This document shows positions 12,121 through 23,442 of a DNA stretch of 64,000 nucleotides, piece by piece. Position 1 is the first letter of the stretch, and the number at the start of each line of letters is the position of its first letter. The position numbers and the translations under genes are program-made. The stretch comes from Mobula hypostoma (Eukaryota): NCBI RefSeq assembly GCF_963921235.1, contig NC_086106.1, positions 24,490,001-24,554,000 of the forward strand, read 5' to 3'. The notes beneath the pieces were generated by a model. It worked only from the letters and a program-made list of their open reading frames with translations, searched no databases and had not been told where the DNA came from.

Positions 12121-12424
12121 AGGCATCCGTTAGTCTCGTAGGACAATGAGTTTGCACCTTGCAAGTTTTCCATGGCGCAGGCCTGGGTAAGGTTGTATGG
12201 AAGACCAGCAGCTGCCCACGCTACAAGTCTCCGTTCTCCACGCCACTACTGTTGTCCAAGGGAAGGGCATGAGGACCCATGCAGCTTGGCACCGGTGTCG
12301 TCGCAGAGCAATGTGTGGTGAAGTGCCTTGCTTAGGGACACACACGCTGCTTCAACCACGGCTCGAACTAGCGACTCTCAAATCACTAGACAAACGTCTT
12401 AACCACTTGGCCACATGCCAACAC
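12121..12424 (-). mobile_element. tRNA-derived SINE
   Basis: Minus strand reads gtgttggcatgTGGCCAAGTGGttaag (A box, 12403-13) then GTTCGAGCC (B box, 12360-68), followed by gtgtgtccctaagcaaggcacttcacc. Confidence 0.75.
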
Positions 12425-12494
12425 TATATACGTCCTACAACTGATGTTCAGTACCTGGCTAAAAATCCTGATTTATTTTTAGAACTTCTATGAA

Positions 12495-13140
12495 ACAGTG
12501 GAACAGCATCAGATATCCTCCAATACCCTTTTACGTCGCCAGTCACAAAGAGAGATATAAATATCTCTGCTAGGGGCTTTAGCAATTTCTGCATTGGCCT
12601 TCTGCAGCGTGACGTGGAACAATTTCAATACCTGGGTAATTATTGACACTAATCTGCCTCAAAACTGCAAACGCCTCCTCCTCTATAATCGGTGTAAAGT
12701 CCATGAAATTGACGCTGTTATTCCTCAATTCTATGGACTCCGCGTCCACCATCTGAGTAACTGAAGATTGAAAAAATAATTTACAATCTGCCGTATCTTT
12801 TTTGGCTCACACCTGGACTACATTTTGTACTTCCAGACGATCAATTTCGTCCATTGCAATTGTTTTGCTCTAAAAATGTCTCAACAATGAATTCGGATTC
12901 TCTTTCCACCTTGTCTGCCGGGGAGAACACATGCTAGCCTTTAGCCTTCCTGATTTATTTCTTAAGTGTTTTACTTGCATTGCCTATACAGCATGAACAC
13001 CTCATTTGCTCCTACCTCCTTCTTTAACTTATTCAAGGTCTGAGTATCTCTTGAAAACCCAAGTTCCTTGTTACCTTTTTCCTGACAGGCACATAAAACT
13101 TTTCAAATCTCACAATTTTCACCTTTGAAGGCTTCACATT
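12495..13140 (-). mobile_element. Degraded CR1 ORF2 fragment
   Basis: Reverse-complement similarity to CR1 ORF2 at ~56300-56700. Confidence 0.55.
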
Positions 13141-13259
13141 TACAGGTACTGTCATCAAAGGAACGGTCATCAACGAAGTGATCTGAAGCAGAGTGGTAGA
13201 GTGTTGGCTCTATCGGGCTCCGGTGATAACGGGTCGAGGCGAGTTAAGTTACATGTGAG

Positions 13260-15110
13260 GAATAGAAAAAGTAAGTATGTCTATGAGGCCGGTGTTCTGT
13301 ACTGGATGTCAGACCTGGGAAGTCCAGGAAACTCCCAGCCTCCCGGACGGCAATATCTGCGCCAGGTGCGTTGAGATGCAGCTCCTTAGGGTCCGGGATA
13401 GGGAACTGGCGATGCAGCTGGAAAATCTTCCTTTGGTCAGTTAAGTGTGGAGGTGATAGGAGATATAGGAAAGTAGACACACCGGAGATTTGGGAACGAG
13501 ATAAGTGGATAACAGTCAGGAGAGGGTTGGACAAAATTCAGATATTAGTGAGTACCCTTGTGGTTGTCCCCTCAAACAATAGGTACTCCTGTTTGAGTAC
13601 AGTTTGGGGTGACGAACTACATGGGGGAAGCAACAGCAGCCGCGGAGACTTAGGGAGGAAATTGAGAGGCAGGACCCCAATGCTGATATCTAGGGATTAC
13701 TTCCTGTGCCAAGCGACAGACAGTGTAGGAATAGAGTGAGGTGGAGGATAACTGCGTGGCTGAGTTCTTGGAGCAGAAGGCAGAGATTTGTATTTCTGGA
13801 TAACTGGGACCTCTTTTGGGGCAGGGGCCACCTGTACAAAGTGGACCGTGTGTATTTTTTTTTATCTGAGGGGTCCAATATCCTGGCAAGGAGGTTTGAT
13901 AAGACTACTGGGATATGTTTAAACTAGAATTGCTGGGTAGTGGGAACCGAACTGAAGAGACAGAGAAAGGGGCGTTTGGCTCACAAATAGAGAAAGCTTA
14001 AAGACAGTGCGAGAGGGAAGATAGGCATGTGAGAAAAAAAATGCGCACAGCCCAATGGTTTAAGATATGAGTATTTTAACGCGACAAGCACCATGAGCAA
14101 CCGGGATGAGCATAGAGTGTGGTCAGTACCTAAGGCTATGATGTTGTGGCCATTACGATGACTTGGATTGATCAGGAGCAGGGATGGTTACTTAGAGTGC
14201 CAGGCTTGAAATGTTTCGGAAAGAACAGGGAGGGAGGCAACAGAGGTGGGGGCGTGGCACTATTGATCTCAGATAGTGTCACGGATGCAGAAAAGATGGA
14301 AGTCATGAAAGAATACTGAGTCTTTCTGGGTCGAAGTTAGAAGCAGGAAGGGGACAATAACCCTACTGTGTTTTTTTTTTCATATAGAGCACCAAATAGT
14401 AACAGGTAATTCGAGGAGCAGATAGGGAAACATATTCTGGAAAAAAAAAATAATAATGGCATGGTTGTTGTAGTGGGAGATGTTAATTTCTCAAATATTG
14501 AATCCCATCTCCTTAGAGCAAGGGGTTTGGATGGGGTGGAGTTTGTAGGTGTGATCAGGAAGGATTCATGAGACAATATGAAGATACACCTACAGGAGCA
14601 GAGGCTGTACTTGATCTGGTATTGGGAAATGAACATAGACAGGTGTCAGGTTTCCCAGTGGAAGATTATTTTGGAGATAGTGATCACAATTATATCTCCT
14701 TTACGTTGGATAGGGATAGGAACAGAGAAGTTAGGAAACCGTTCTATTGGAGGAAGGGACAATATGAAGTGATCAGTTAGGAATTAGGAAACATACATTG
14801 GAAACAAATATTCTCAGAGAAAAGTACGTCGAAAATGTGACAAATGTTCAGTTGTTACTTACGTGGTTCTTTGCATAAATAGTTTCCAAGGAAACAGGGA
14901 AAGGATGGTCGGGTATAGGAACCATGATGTACAAAGGCTGTTGAAAATCTTGTCAACAAGAAAAAAAGAAGAGCTTACAGAAGTTTCAAAACCAAGGTGC
15001 GAATAGGGATCTAGAAGATTATAAGGGGAGCGAGAAGCGGACCACACTACCTCCATGAAAAACAAATGATCGTAGTTTACGAGAACTTTCTTCAGGACTG
15101 GCAAGAAATA
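13260..15110 (+). mobile_element. CR1 LINE 5' portion (ORF1 zinc-finger/esterase and start of ORF2 endonuclease), decayed
   Basis: RWRITAWLSSWSRRQRFVFLDNWDLFWGRGHLYK and EAVLDLVLGNE...EDYFGDSDHNYISF match CR1 ORF1 and APE motifs. Confidence 0.8.
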
Positions 15111-15880
15111 TAATAAATCAGAACAACAAGGTGGGTAGACTGGAGGAAGAAGCACAAGGTGATAGATTGTATGTGAAGCCAGGATGGGGAGGGATGAAGT
15201 AAAGAGCTGGGAAGTTGATGGTTGACAAAGATAAAGGGCTGGAGAAACGGGAATCTGACAAAAGACGCTAGAACGCCATGGAAGAAAGGGAAGGGTAAGC
15301 AACACCAGAGGTAAGTGATGTACCGATAAGGAGATTAAGTGAGAGAGGGTACATGGAACGTGGGAATGGTCAAGCGGGTGAAGGACAGTTAGCAAGGGTG
15401 GAAAAATCGATGTTCATGCCATCAGTTCGGAAGCTACAAAGAGGGAAAAACGGTATTGCAGCTTCAATCTGAGTGTTGCCTCACTGCGACAGTAGAGGAA
15501 GCGAGGGATCGACATGTCGGAATGGGAATGGGAACCAGAAGAAACATTCTTCTTTTTCTGGCGGACGAAGCATAGTTGTTCGGCTAAGCAGTTTCCCAAT
15601 CTACTTCCTGTCTCACGGATATTCAGGCTGTCACAGAAGGGAGCACTAGATAGAGCAGATGACCCCAACAGACACAGCTGAATCGGTACCTCACCTGAAT
15701 ACAGTGTTACGAGCCATAAAAGACAGCGAGGGAGGAGGTATGACAGTTGTTCCGCTTGCAAGGTTAAGAACTAAAGGGAAGATCAGTGGGGAGGACCAAG
15801 GGAATTGCGCTGGGAGCGATCCCTGTGGAAAGCAGAAAATAGCGGGTTGGGGAATATGCTTGGTTATGGCATTCGTTAGA
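15110..15880 (-). mobile_element. Penelope-like element GIY-YIG endonuclease region
   Basis: ORF 15414-15761: NIRETGSRLGNCLAEQL...SHSHSDMSIPRFLYCRSEATLRL; matches the copy at 36840-37650 in reverse. Confidence 0.7.
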
Positions 15881-15918
15881 GATGGCGCTATATACAAATA
15901 TTTATGTGATTCTGTTAT

Positions 15919-17224
15919 TGTCACAGGCGGTGCTGGAAAAGGACCCAAATGCGATACACAGACACTGAAGTACAAGGAACAGGACTTGACTAGAGTAAGG
16001 ACATGACAGGATTCAGAGCAGGAGCAGGTAGAAGAAAGCAGGCATGGGCTAGGGAAATCGGGACCAGGACTAGGAACCATAGACTAGGAGACAAGGCATG
16101 GACTCCGAGACCAGACTAGACAAGGACCCTGAACCTGGGTCTTGCCTCGGGCTCAGACCCCGGAATCAGGTAAAGACATGACATGGCTTGAAACTGGGGA
16201 CTTGGGTCCTGAGGCTTGGCTAGAGGATGGAGTCCTGGGTTTTGCGGCTTGGCTTGGCTTGGGATCCTCGATGCTTGGGTTCTAGGAGCTTGGCTGCGGG
16301 ATCCTCGAAGCTTGTGATCTTGGAGCTTGGTGGCGGGATCGTCGAGGCTTGGGTTCTTGGAGCTTGGCTGCGGGATAGTCGAGCTTTGGGTTCTCGGAGC
16401 TATGAGCCAGACTGGGAACTAAACATCAACATAGAGCCGGGGATTATCCTTCGACAAGCCGGGTTTCATCTTTAACACGACACTAACATGAGACAGGATA
16501 GAACATAGTAAAAGAGCCGGGACTTACCCTAAGAAAAGCCAGGACTTAACTTCTCCACACCCAGGTGGCACAGGTCCATCTGTTGGGTAACGGCAGGACG
16601 GCCAGACTTACACAACCGAGGCAAAGACAAGACAAGACATGTCCACCCGCAGGGCAACGGCAAGACGGTCTTTCTTGCCCCACGGTGGCGAGGACAAGAG
16701 AACGCAAGAAATGACCTCCCACAGGGCAACGGCAAGACGGCCTGACTTACCCCACGGAGGCGAGGACAAGAAGAGACAAACACCAAAACACAACGCAGAG
16801 TTACATTTCTACTCCGGGGTAGCTCCAAGTCTCAGTTCAGCCAGAAAACTCAGCTGGCTACAGAAACAGTGGGATACCTACCTAGCTTGGAGTGGCTGGC
16901 AGCTACTCAGCTGGCCCGGGAAACAGCCGAATCCATACTGCAAGGGCTACTCCTACAAGTGGCAACCAGGCTCCATGAAGCAGTGGTCCCCCAACCAGTC
17001 CTAGAGATCACAAATGGTTTCATCAGCAGATTGCTCCAAGGGGGACTGACAAGACAAACCAGTAGCCCACACTCGATCCCAAGGCTACTTGTATTGCAAG
17101 CCCAAAAATAGGAATCAGGAGCCAATGATTAACTCAAACAAGGCGCAGCTGGAAGACCTGGACTCCTGAGTCCACGGACCGGACGGTGAAACGGAATGCG
17201 GACTTCACGGACCGGACCATAAAT
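15919..17224 (-). mobile_element. Solo LTR related to family B
   Basis: Begins tgtcaca and ends ccggaccataaat (decayed ccggaccatgaca); candidate TSD GTTAT at 15914-18 and 17225-29; internal short tandem repeats. Confidence 0.65.
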
Positions 17225-17559
17225 GTTATGCACAACATTCTATGGATTTATTGAGTACACGTTTTTATAATGTCACTTTGAAATTCGAACCTTAATTTAT
17301 GATGATAGGCACAAACGAAATGAGACCTTGTTGATAGCCTTCTCCAATAAGAATGATGTCACGGACCTTGCGACGTTCAGGAGAAGATTGCTGGTTGGCA
17401 GGCAGTCTTCATCTCATGGCCCGAGAGGCCTCAGCTTTCGGCGGAGCGGATGAGAGTGCCGAGCCCTTTGTTTCTAAACACGCAGAAGAGAAGCCTTGCT
17501 ACTACCCACAGGGAAGTGGAATCGAATCAGGATTGCAGCTCAGAGAACTTACCATGGGT

Positions 17560-18260
17560 GATAGACAGAAGCTACAGGGAGTTGGCATCCAGAAGGTGTA
17601 GGAGGGATGTATCCGGGCAACTGTCAGAAGAGGGAATGGAAATGTAATGGGAAGCCAGTGCAAACCACCCTTGTGTTGACTTCCTGAATAATAAGTGCGG
17701 GATGTGGTGAAATGACCTACCAGGGGCAAGCTGCCGCGACCGGGTCTCTGGCACTGAATATGCCACTTGGCTCAGAAGTGGCGGGAGAGCAGATCATTAC
17801 AGTAGCGTTCAGATGATCTACAATTAGAGGACTGGACACGAGATCCTGTTGATGTGATAAAGACATGCGGATCGTGTGTTATCTCCCATGGACAGGATCG
17901 GGAACGTCGCCAAATGGGTTCACGCCATAATAAGGTAAGGGTGAGCTCTCGTGATGTCTTGGTACATATCGGCACAAATGAACATAGCTATGATATGTTA
18001 AGAGGTTCTGAAGTCAAAATTTAGGTGACTAGATGGAAAGATTTAAAAAAAAACAAGATTACCAGATTAGTGTTTTCTCGATTGCTACCTGTGCCAAGCA
18101 GCAGTGAGGGTAGACCTAAAATGATTTGGCAGACTAATGTGTGGCTTAGTTAATCGTTGAGAGGATAGGGTTTCAGATTTCGTGATCATTCGGATCTCTT
18201 CTAGGGAAAGTATGACATGTACAAAAGGGATTGTCTAAAACTGAACCCGAGAGGGAAAAA
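17560..18260 (+). mobile_element. Degraded CR1 ORF1 fragment
   Basis: Colinear with CR1 ORF1 at 54600-55100 (gtacatatcggcacaaatg; gattgctacctgtgcca). Confidence 0.6.
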
Positions 18261-18299
18261 TAACTTATGTCATAGAGTCACAGAGAAATACGACACAGA

Positions 18300-18545
18300 A
18301 GCTGGTCCTTCGGTCCTTTTAATCAATGTGAAAAATATTTATACTGCCTATACTCCCATCTACATTCACCGGAATCATAGCCCTCCATATCGACATATCG
18401 ATGTACCTATCCAAACTTACACCTAGAAATTGAGCTCGAATTTTCCACGTGTGCTGGTAGCTCTTTTCATGCGTTCACATCCCTCTGAGTGAACAGCTAT
18501 CTTCTCGCGTTTCTCTTAGACATTTTACCTTTCGCCTTTAACCCT
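18300..18545 (-). mobile_element. CR1 LINE 3' end
   Basis: Reverse-complement CR1 3' UTR. Confidence 0.55.
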
Positions 18546-18999
18546 TGTCTTTTTTTGTAATCCCACCTAGCCTCTGTTGCAATGGAACGTGGCGAATGAG
18601 GCGAACCCAAGTACCGGACACAGGAACGGAGATTGATTTAGGACGCTTACACGGGGGTAAACGCCGAACAGCAAACAGGAGGGATCTTGACAGGGATCTC
18701 TGATATAGAGGATTGACGCGGGCCTTGACACGGAGCCTTGCCTCAGAACGACGGAGTCTTATAAGCAAACTCTGAGACTGGAGCTAAACTTAGAAGAAAA
18801 GTTTCTAAGCGGTCGGGAAATTTGGGTATCACACAGGAAAAGGACCGACGATCTGTCAACTAGGGTTTGTAACGCGGAGTTCTTATAATGCAGGTCCTGA
18901 TGGAAACCAGGTGTGCCGTCATCAAGGAAAATTAGAAGCAATTGGGAAGTTAAAGGTCGGAACCGTGGTACAATCAAAGGAATTTAGAGGATACCAGGG

Positions 19000-19480
19000 A
19001 ATAAACGATCAGGTTTGTGACAGCCTCGTGGAAAAAGCCTGCTTGCCTCCACCGTTTCGAAGCCCCTCAGAATTATATGTTGCTCTATTAACTTTCCTCT
19101 CAGCCTTCTATGATATCAGCGATAAAGTAGTAACATGCACAATATTTCCTTATCCTTCTGATCCTCCTGATCCAGTAAAATCCATGTAAATTTTATTGTA
19201 CTCTTTCAACCTTTCTTACAATCTTTCCTGTCGATAGACCACCGCTGCAGACACATTTGGCCTTACCAGCGTTTAAAATACCTCCAATATAAAATGCAAG
19301 CTTTGTACCCAGTACATAGTTTAATAAGGGGAAATTTCTGAAAAGCTTTTTCTAACGACTCAATGTACCTGTGACACCTCTTTCAATAGATTGTCGACCT
19401 TTGTTTTCACATACTTTGCTTCTACTACATTTCTCCGTGCCCTACCGTTCAACTGTGTAGGAGCGACACTTGCGGGAAGA
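19000..19480 (-). mobile_element. Degraded CR1 fragment
   Basis: Reverse-complement similarity to CR1 RT C-terminus. Confidence 0.5.
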
Positions 19481-19984
19481 TTTTCTAGAACTATTCAGGA
19501 GGGTTTAAATGAATTTGGCAGGGGGTTAGGAACTGGAGTGATATAGAGAAACAGCTTCGCCATCTCTCTCTTGCGTGTCCACGCACTCCCTTTTAGCACA
19601 CCGAGACACCGCTCCCTGCATTCCTTTTTTCAAACACACAGGAGTTTCCGGAAGATTGTTGCATCTTTAAAAATAATTAAAACGTTTTTTGGTGTACTAC
19701 AATCTCGAAGAAACAGGTGCACGGCTCTGAAAAGCCATGGATCATGCCCTGGCGGAGCAGATTTATTTTAATCTGACATTCCGTGGTCAGTGCATACATT
19801 TGCAGAAGGGCTTGTTCCTGTGTTCTACACTGTGAACTGTGTGGAAATGTGCTGTTCCACCTCCCTTCAACTTGAGGATGTCGCGTATTATTGGAGTTTT
19901 CCAGGTGAGATAAGTGTCATTTGGGTCTGACTGATAAAAACAATTAACTCTGCTTCTAGATTTTGAATCACGAATAATAAAACG

Positions 19985-20345
19985 TGAAAACAGACCCTTC
20001 GAACCCAAAACTGCATCCTAACCAATTTTTGCATTGGAACTCACCTTATTGGACAGCGTTTGACCTATATCCCTTATATTTTTCCCTGTCCATGCATCCT
20101 TCCAAATATCCTTGTAAATATGTTTACGCCTCCATTTCAACCCTTTCCTTTGGCAACACAGTCCACATAGAAGTCACCCACTGTGTGAGGAAGAAAAGCT
20201 GCCACTCAAGTTGCTATTAATTCTGTCCCCTCACACTGTAAATCTATGTCCTTTAATTCTTAATTTCCCAACTCTGGATCCGGAGATTGTATGTATTCAT
20301 GAAAGTATACATTTATGTATAGATGTTTTTCAGTACCTAAGACTT
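19985..20345 (-). mobile_element. CR1 LINE 3' end
   Basis: Reverse-complement CR1 3' region (atgcatccttccaaatatc...cccactgtgtgaggaagaaaag). Confidence 0.55.
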
Positions 20346-21274
20346 CAAGGGATCAGGTATTTTTACAATTTCCAGGGCCTGATGACGTTGTACAACGCAG
20401 ATCCTGCTGAGCATCGAGCTCCCTTACCAACCAGGCCCACCACTGCTGTCAGCAACAGCTTATGAATTCCTATTACTCAGATGTGTCTAATAACGTTGAC
20501 CACCTCCATAGGCTTCTCTATGTGCAGATATTTTAATTCTCCCTCCGTCATTCTGAAATTACTACCTGCATGAGGGAGGAATCCATCAACTCACTTCCGA
20601 ATAAAATCGTGGTGATGTATTTCATTCCTTTATCTTTCTAGTCGGGCTTTCAGAAGCATCATCTGCTTGAAGGTAACCGAAAACTAAATTTTGGAATGCA
20701 TGCAATGAAGTAGCTGGGCGGGCAGTCTATGCACTTCTTTCTGCCCTGTACAAGTTCATTCGCATCGTTTTCATGTCGAATGACGTTATTTCAGTTTCTC
20801 ATTTTATGTGCGTTTTTTAGAGCCCAATAAATTAAGGATTAGATCTTAATTCAAAATAAAATTGGAGACTCCCGAGTAGTGCAAATTAAAAACATCATAC
20901 CTCCATCCTTGCATTCTGTCGACTCATTTCGCTGACTCGATTAACAAAAAAAGTATAATAAAATAACTGATAACCTCCACCATCATTCCTTGAAGCAGGA
21001 GCCTTGTGATTAAACGGACATGCTTAATGCTCAACCGTATTTGCCTGCAGCTGCCAGACGTATATTCTGATGTGTTCTGGATCGCGAGGAATATCACATT
21101 GTAGGAAATTATTTTCAATGCATCACAGAAAAGCATTTTAATATACATTTGGCACGCACTGAACTCAAAAGCTGTTCATCAAAATAGGACCCTTTTGCTT
21201 CGCTGTGTCGTCTTCATGAGACAACCCACTCACATTTACTTTTTTTCCTGAATATGCTGCTACCTCGGCAGGAT

Positions 21275-21288
21275 GCGCCCTCTAGTGA
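21275..21288 (-). promoter_or_regulatory. CTCF-consensus motif adjacent to RSS
   Basis: Minus strand TCACTAGAGGGCGC, one mismatch to CCASYAGRKGGCRS, 24 bp beyond the nonamer. Confidence 0.65.
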
Positions 21289-21312
21289 GCATTCATCGCA
21301 TTACTCACGCCA

Positions 21313-21351
21313 CATTTTTGACCTGACCTGCTGTTCGCCTGCAACACTGTG
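21313..21351 (-). other. 23-bp-spacer recombination signal sequence (RSS)
   Basis: CACAGTG (21351-45), exactly 23 nt spacer, TCAAAAATG (21321-13), directly after the YFCAMQP codons. Confidence 0.92.
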
Positions 21352-21652
21352 GGCTGCATAGCACAGAAATAGACGGCGGAGTCCAATACCAGAGTTTTAG
21401 AAATATTCAAATAAGAAATCTTGAGGCTTTTCTTCAATCCAGCAGTAAATCTATTCGGACATTCTGGAGGCCGTTCCATGCTTCCTGAGTTATATATCTT
21501 CAGCAAGTATTTAAGAGATTCTCCGCAATGCTGAATATACCAGAAGATATGAGCATCAACTCTAGTGTAATTACAATTCAATGTTGTGGTCTGTCCTTCC
21601 TCAACCGTTAGTTCAAGAGGGTCCTGCGTCACTGAATCTTTCCCAATTGTCC
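21352..21652 (-). CDS. TRAV: TCR alpha/delta-type V segment V1, V exon (open frame)
   Basis: Acceptor ttgcag at 21654-53. GTIGKDSVTQDPLELTVEEGQTTTLNCNYTRVDAHIFWYIQHCGESLKYLLKIY...NRFTAGLKKSLKISYLNISKTLVLDSAVYFCAMQP has the conserved Cys, Trp, and DxAxYxC. Alpha versus delta use cannot be told from sequence. Confidence 0.92.
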
Positions 21653-21737
21653 CTGCAACAAAGTAGAGGATTTATAAACACCCTGGCCTTACATTCAGTC
21701 TACGGGCTACACACTGGCCGTTTTCTCAGATACTTAC

Positions 21738-21783
21738 CAGAAAACATGGACAGTATAATCAGTAAGGAACAGAGGAAACACAT
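21738..21783 (-). CDS. Leader exon of V1
   Basis: ATG TGT TTC CTC TGT TCC TTA CTG ATT ATA CTG TCC ATG TTT TCT G|GTAAGT = MCFLCSLLIILSMFS; hydrophobic, phase-1 donor, splices in frame to the V exon. Confidence 0.9.
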
Positions 21784-21894
21784 CACGTCTGGTTTCCGAT
21801 CGACTAAAAGGCAGATTTTTACCATCGGACCGATATATGTTAGTAAAATCTGGTGCGCGACACCTTTAACTATGATTAGGTTTGGAGGCGTTGC

Positions 21895-21945
21895 CCTACA
21901 ATTGGCTATGAGGATAGAATTGGCTGTCTTTGGTCACCAATCAGA
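21895..21945 (-). promoter_or_regulatory. CCAAT-box cluster upstream of the V1 leader
   Basis: Minus strand ctgATTGGtgaccaaagacagCCAATtctatcctcatagCCAATtg, ~115-160 bp upstream of the ATG. Confidence 0.4.
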
Positions 21946-23401
21946 GTCGGTTTCCGTTCCTCCGGCTGTTTATCTGTTTCTTTATAATCTGTTATCTCCC
22001 TCTCTTTCCCCAAGGTTCGCTTTTGTCGTTTTCATGTAACTGCAAGCTTATTCACCCCCTACCGTACTCTCCCTTATTGTTATACGACCTTTCCCACTCT
22101 ATGTCGTTGTCAGTCAATATTTATCCCGCACTTATTCACTGTATTTCCACTCAATCTTCGTTCTATCGCCATCACCATAAATCTCGACCCGCATGTTCGC
22201 ACCTGGACATGATATTTCTATCTCGGCTTTTCTTATTCATTCTTTCCACAGTCGTATCGCCCTTTGTTATCTCTGTGCTCTCTCTCTCTCTCTCTCTCAC
22301 ACTCTCTCTCTCCCTCTTCCCCCCTCTCTCTCTTTCTCTCTCTCTCGCGCAGTAAGTACTACGTGCAGTAAGTTATACAACAGAACAGTAAATATAGCTC
22401 AAAAAAAAACAATTGCGTCAGCATGTAATGGTCCGGATCGGGGTCCCTTAAAATTTACGTTGTTTATGTTACGATCCGGACCGTCGATTCCCTGGTTTCC
22501 CCTGTCCATCGACATTGGTGATTAGAGGCAATTGGCACTCGGCTGAACCGGTGGTTTATTGTCTCTGGCTTTCAGCCGTTCGTTGCGGGAGCGTCTGCAA
22601 AGTCATCGAAGGTACGGTGTGTTGATGTCATCTGGCCGGAGCAAGCCGAGTCTCTGCCGAAGCCAGTGCCGGTATATTCGCCCTTCCTCACCGGAGCAAC
22701 CCTGGCCAGTTACCTCGCCGAAGCGAGCCTGAAAAGTTTCCTCATCAAGGTGGGTCCGTCAGTTAACCCGCCAGAGAGAATCAGGAGCCGCTGTCTACTG
22801 TTCCCGGGTCGAGTCGAGACCTAACCACTACCCGAAGGCTCCAAGTCAAGTCCAGGCTCCAGGGGCATTTAAGTAGCAAGTCAAGTCCTCACCCTGGGGG
22901 CATTCAAGCACAAAGTCCTTGGCCGAGCGGCATTCAAGTAGCAAGTCAAGTCCTCTCCCTGGCGGCATTGGAGTACCAAGTCAAGTCCTGGGCTGGCGGC
23001 TTTCAAGTACCTAATCAAGTCCTTGCCCTGGTGGCATTCTAGCACTAAGTGAAGTCCTGTCCCTGGCGGCATTCAAGCAGCAAGTCAAGTCCTTTTCCTG
23101 GCGGCCTCCCAGTTCTGAGTAAAGTCCTGGCCCTGGCGGTCTGTGAATCCTGTCTACCCACTTGTCTGAAACCTTTCTCTGCCCGTCTCGCCTCTAGCCC
23201 TCTTCTGCAGCCCCCGCCTGCACTTCGGTCTAGTTCCATCTCCGGAGTTAGATAGGTACTGTCTGGTGTTCATTCGTGTTGGTATTGTCTTGTCTTGGCC
23301 TTGCCTCCGTGGGGTAAGTCAGGCCGTCTTCCCTCTGCCCCGCGGACGGTCATGAGTCCCGGCCCTATATCCTGTACGCAAGGACGGGTCCCGGCTCTCT
23401 A

Positions 23402-23404
<3 letters not shown>

Positions 23405-23438
<34 letters not shown>
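23405..23438. repeat. (TG)n microsatellite inside LTR1
   Basis: About 17 TG units; the equivalent site in LTR2 (~24959) has only about 6. Confidence 0.9.

Positions 23439-23442
<4 letters not shown>

Noticed and set aside
12360-12424. tRNA-like A and B boxes
   Set aside because: Head of a SINE; no full cloverleaf, so not called a tRNA gene.
20700-21150. ORF 20924-21148 and V-like words
   Set aside because: No coherent domain.
22860-23100. ~30-bp caagtcaagtcc tandem units resembling a CRISPR array
   Set aside because: Eukaryotic LTR-internal degenerate tandem repeat without unique spacers; recurs in every family-B LTR.
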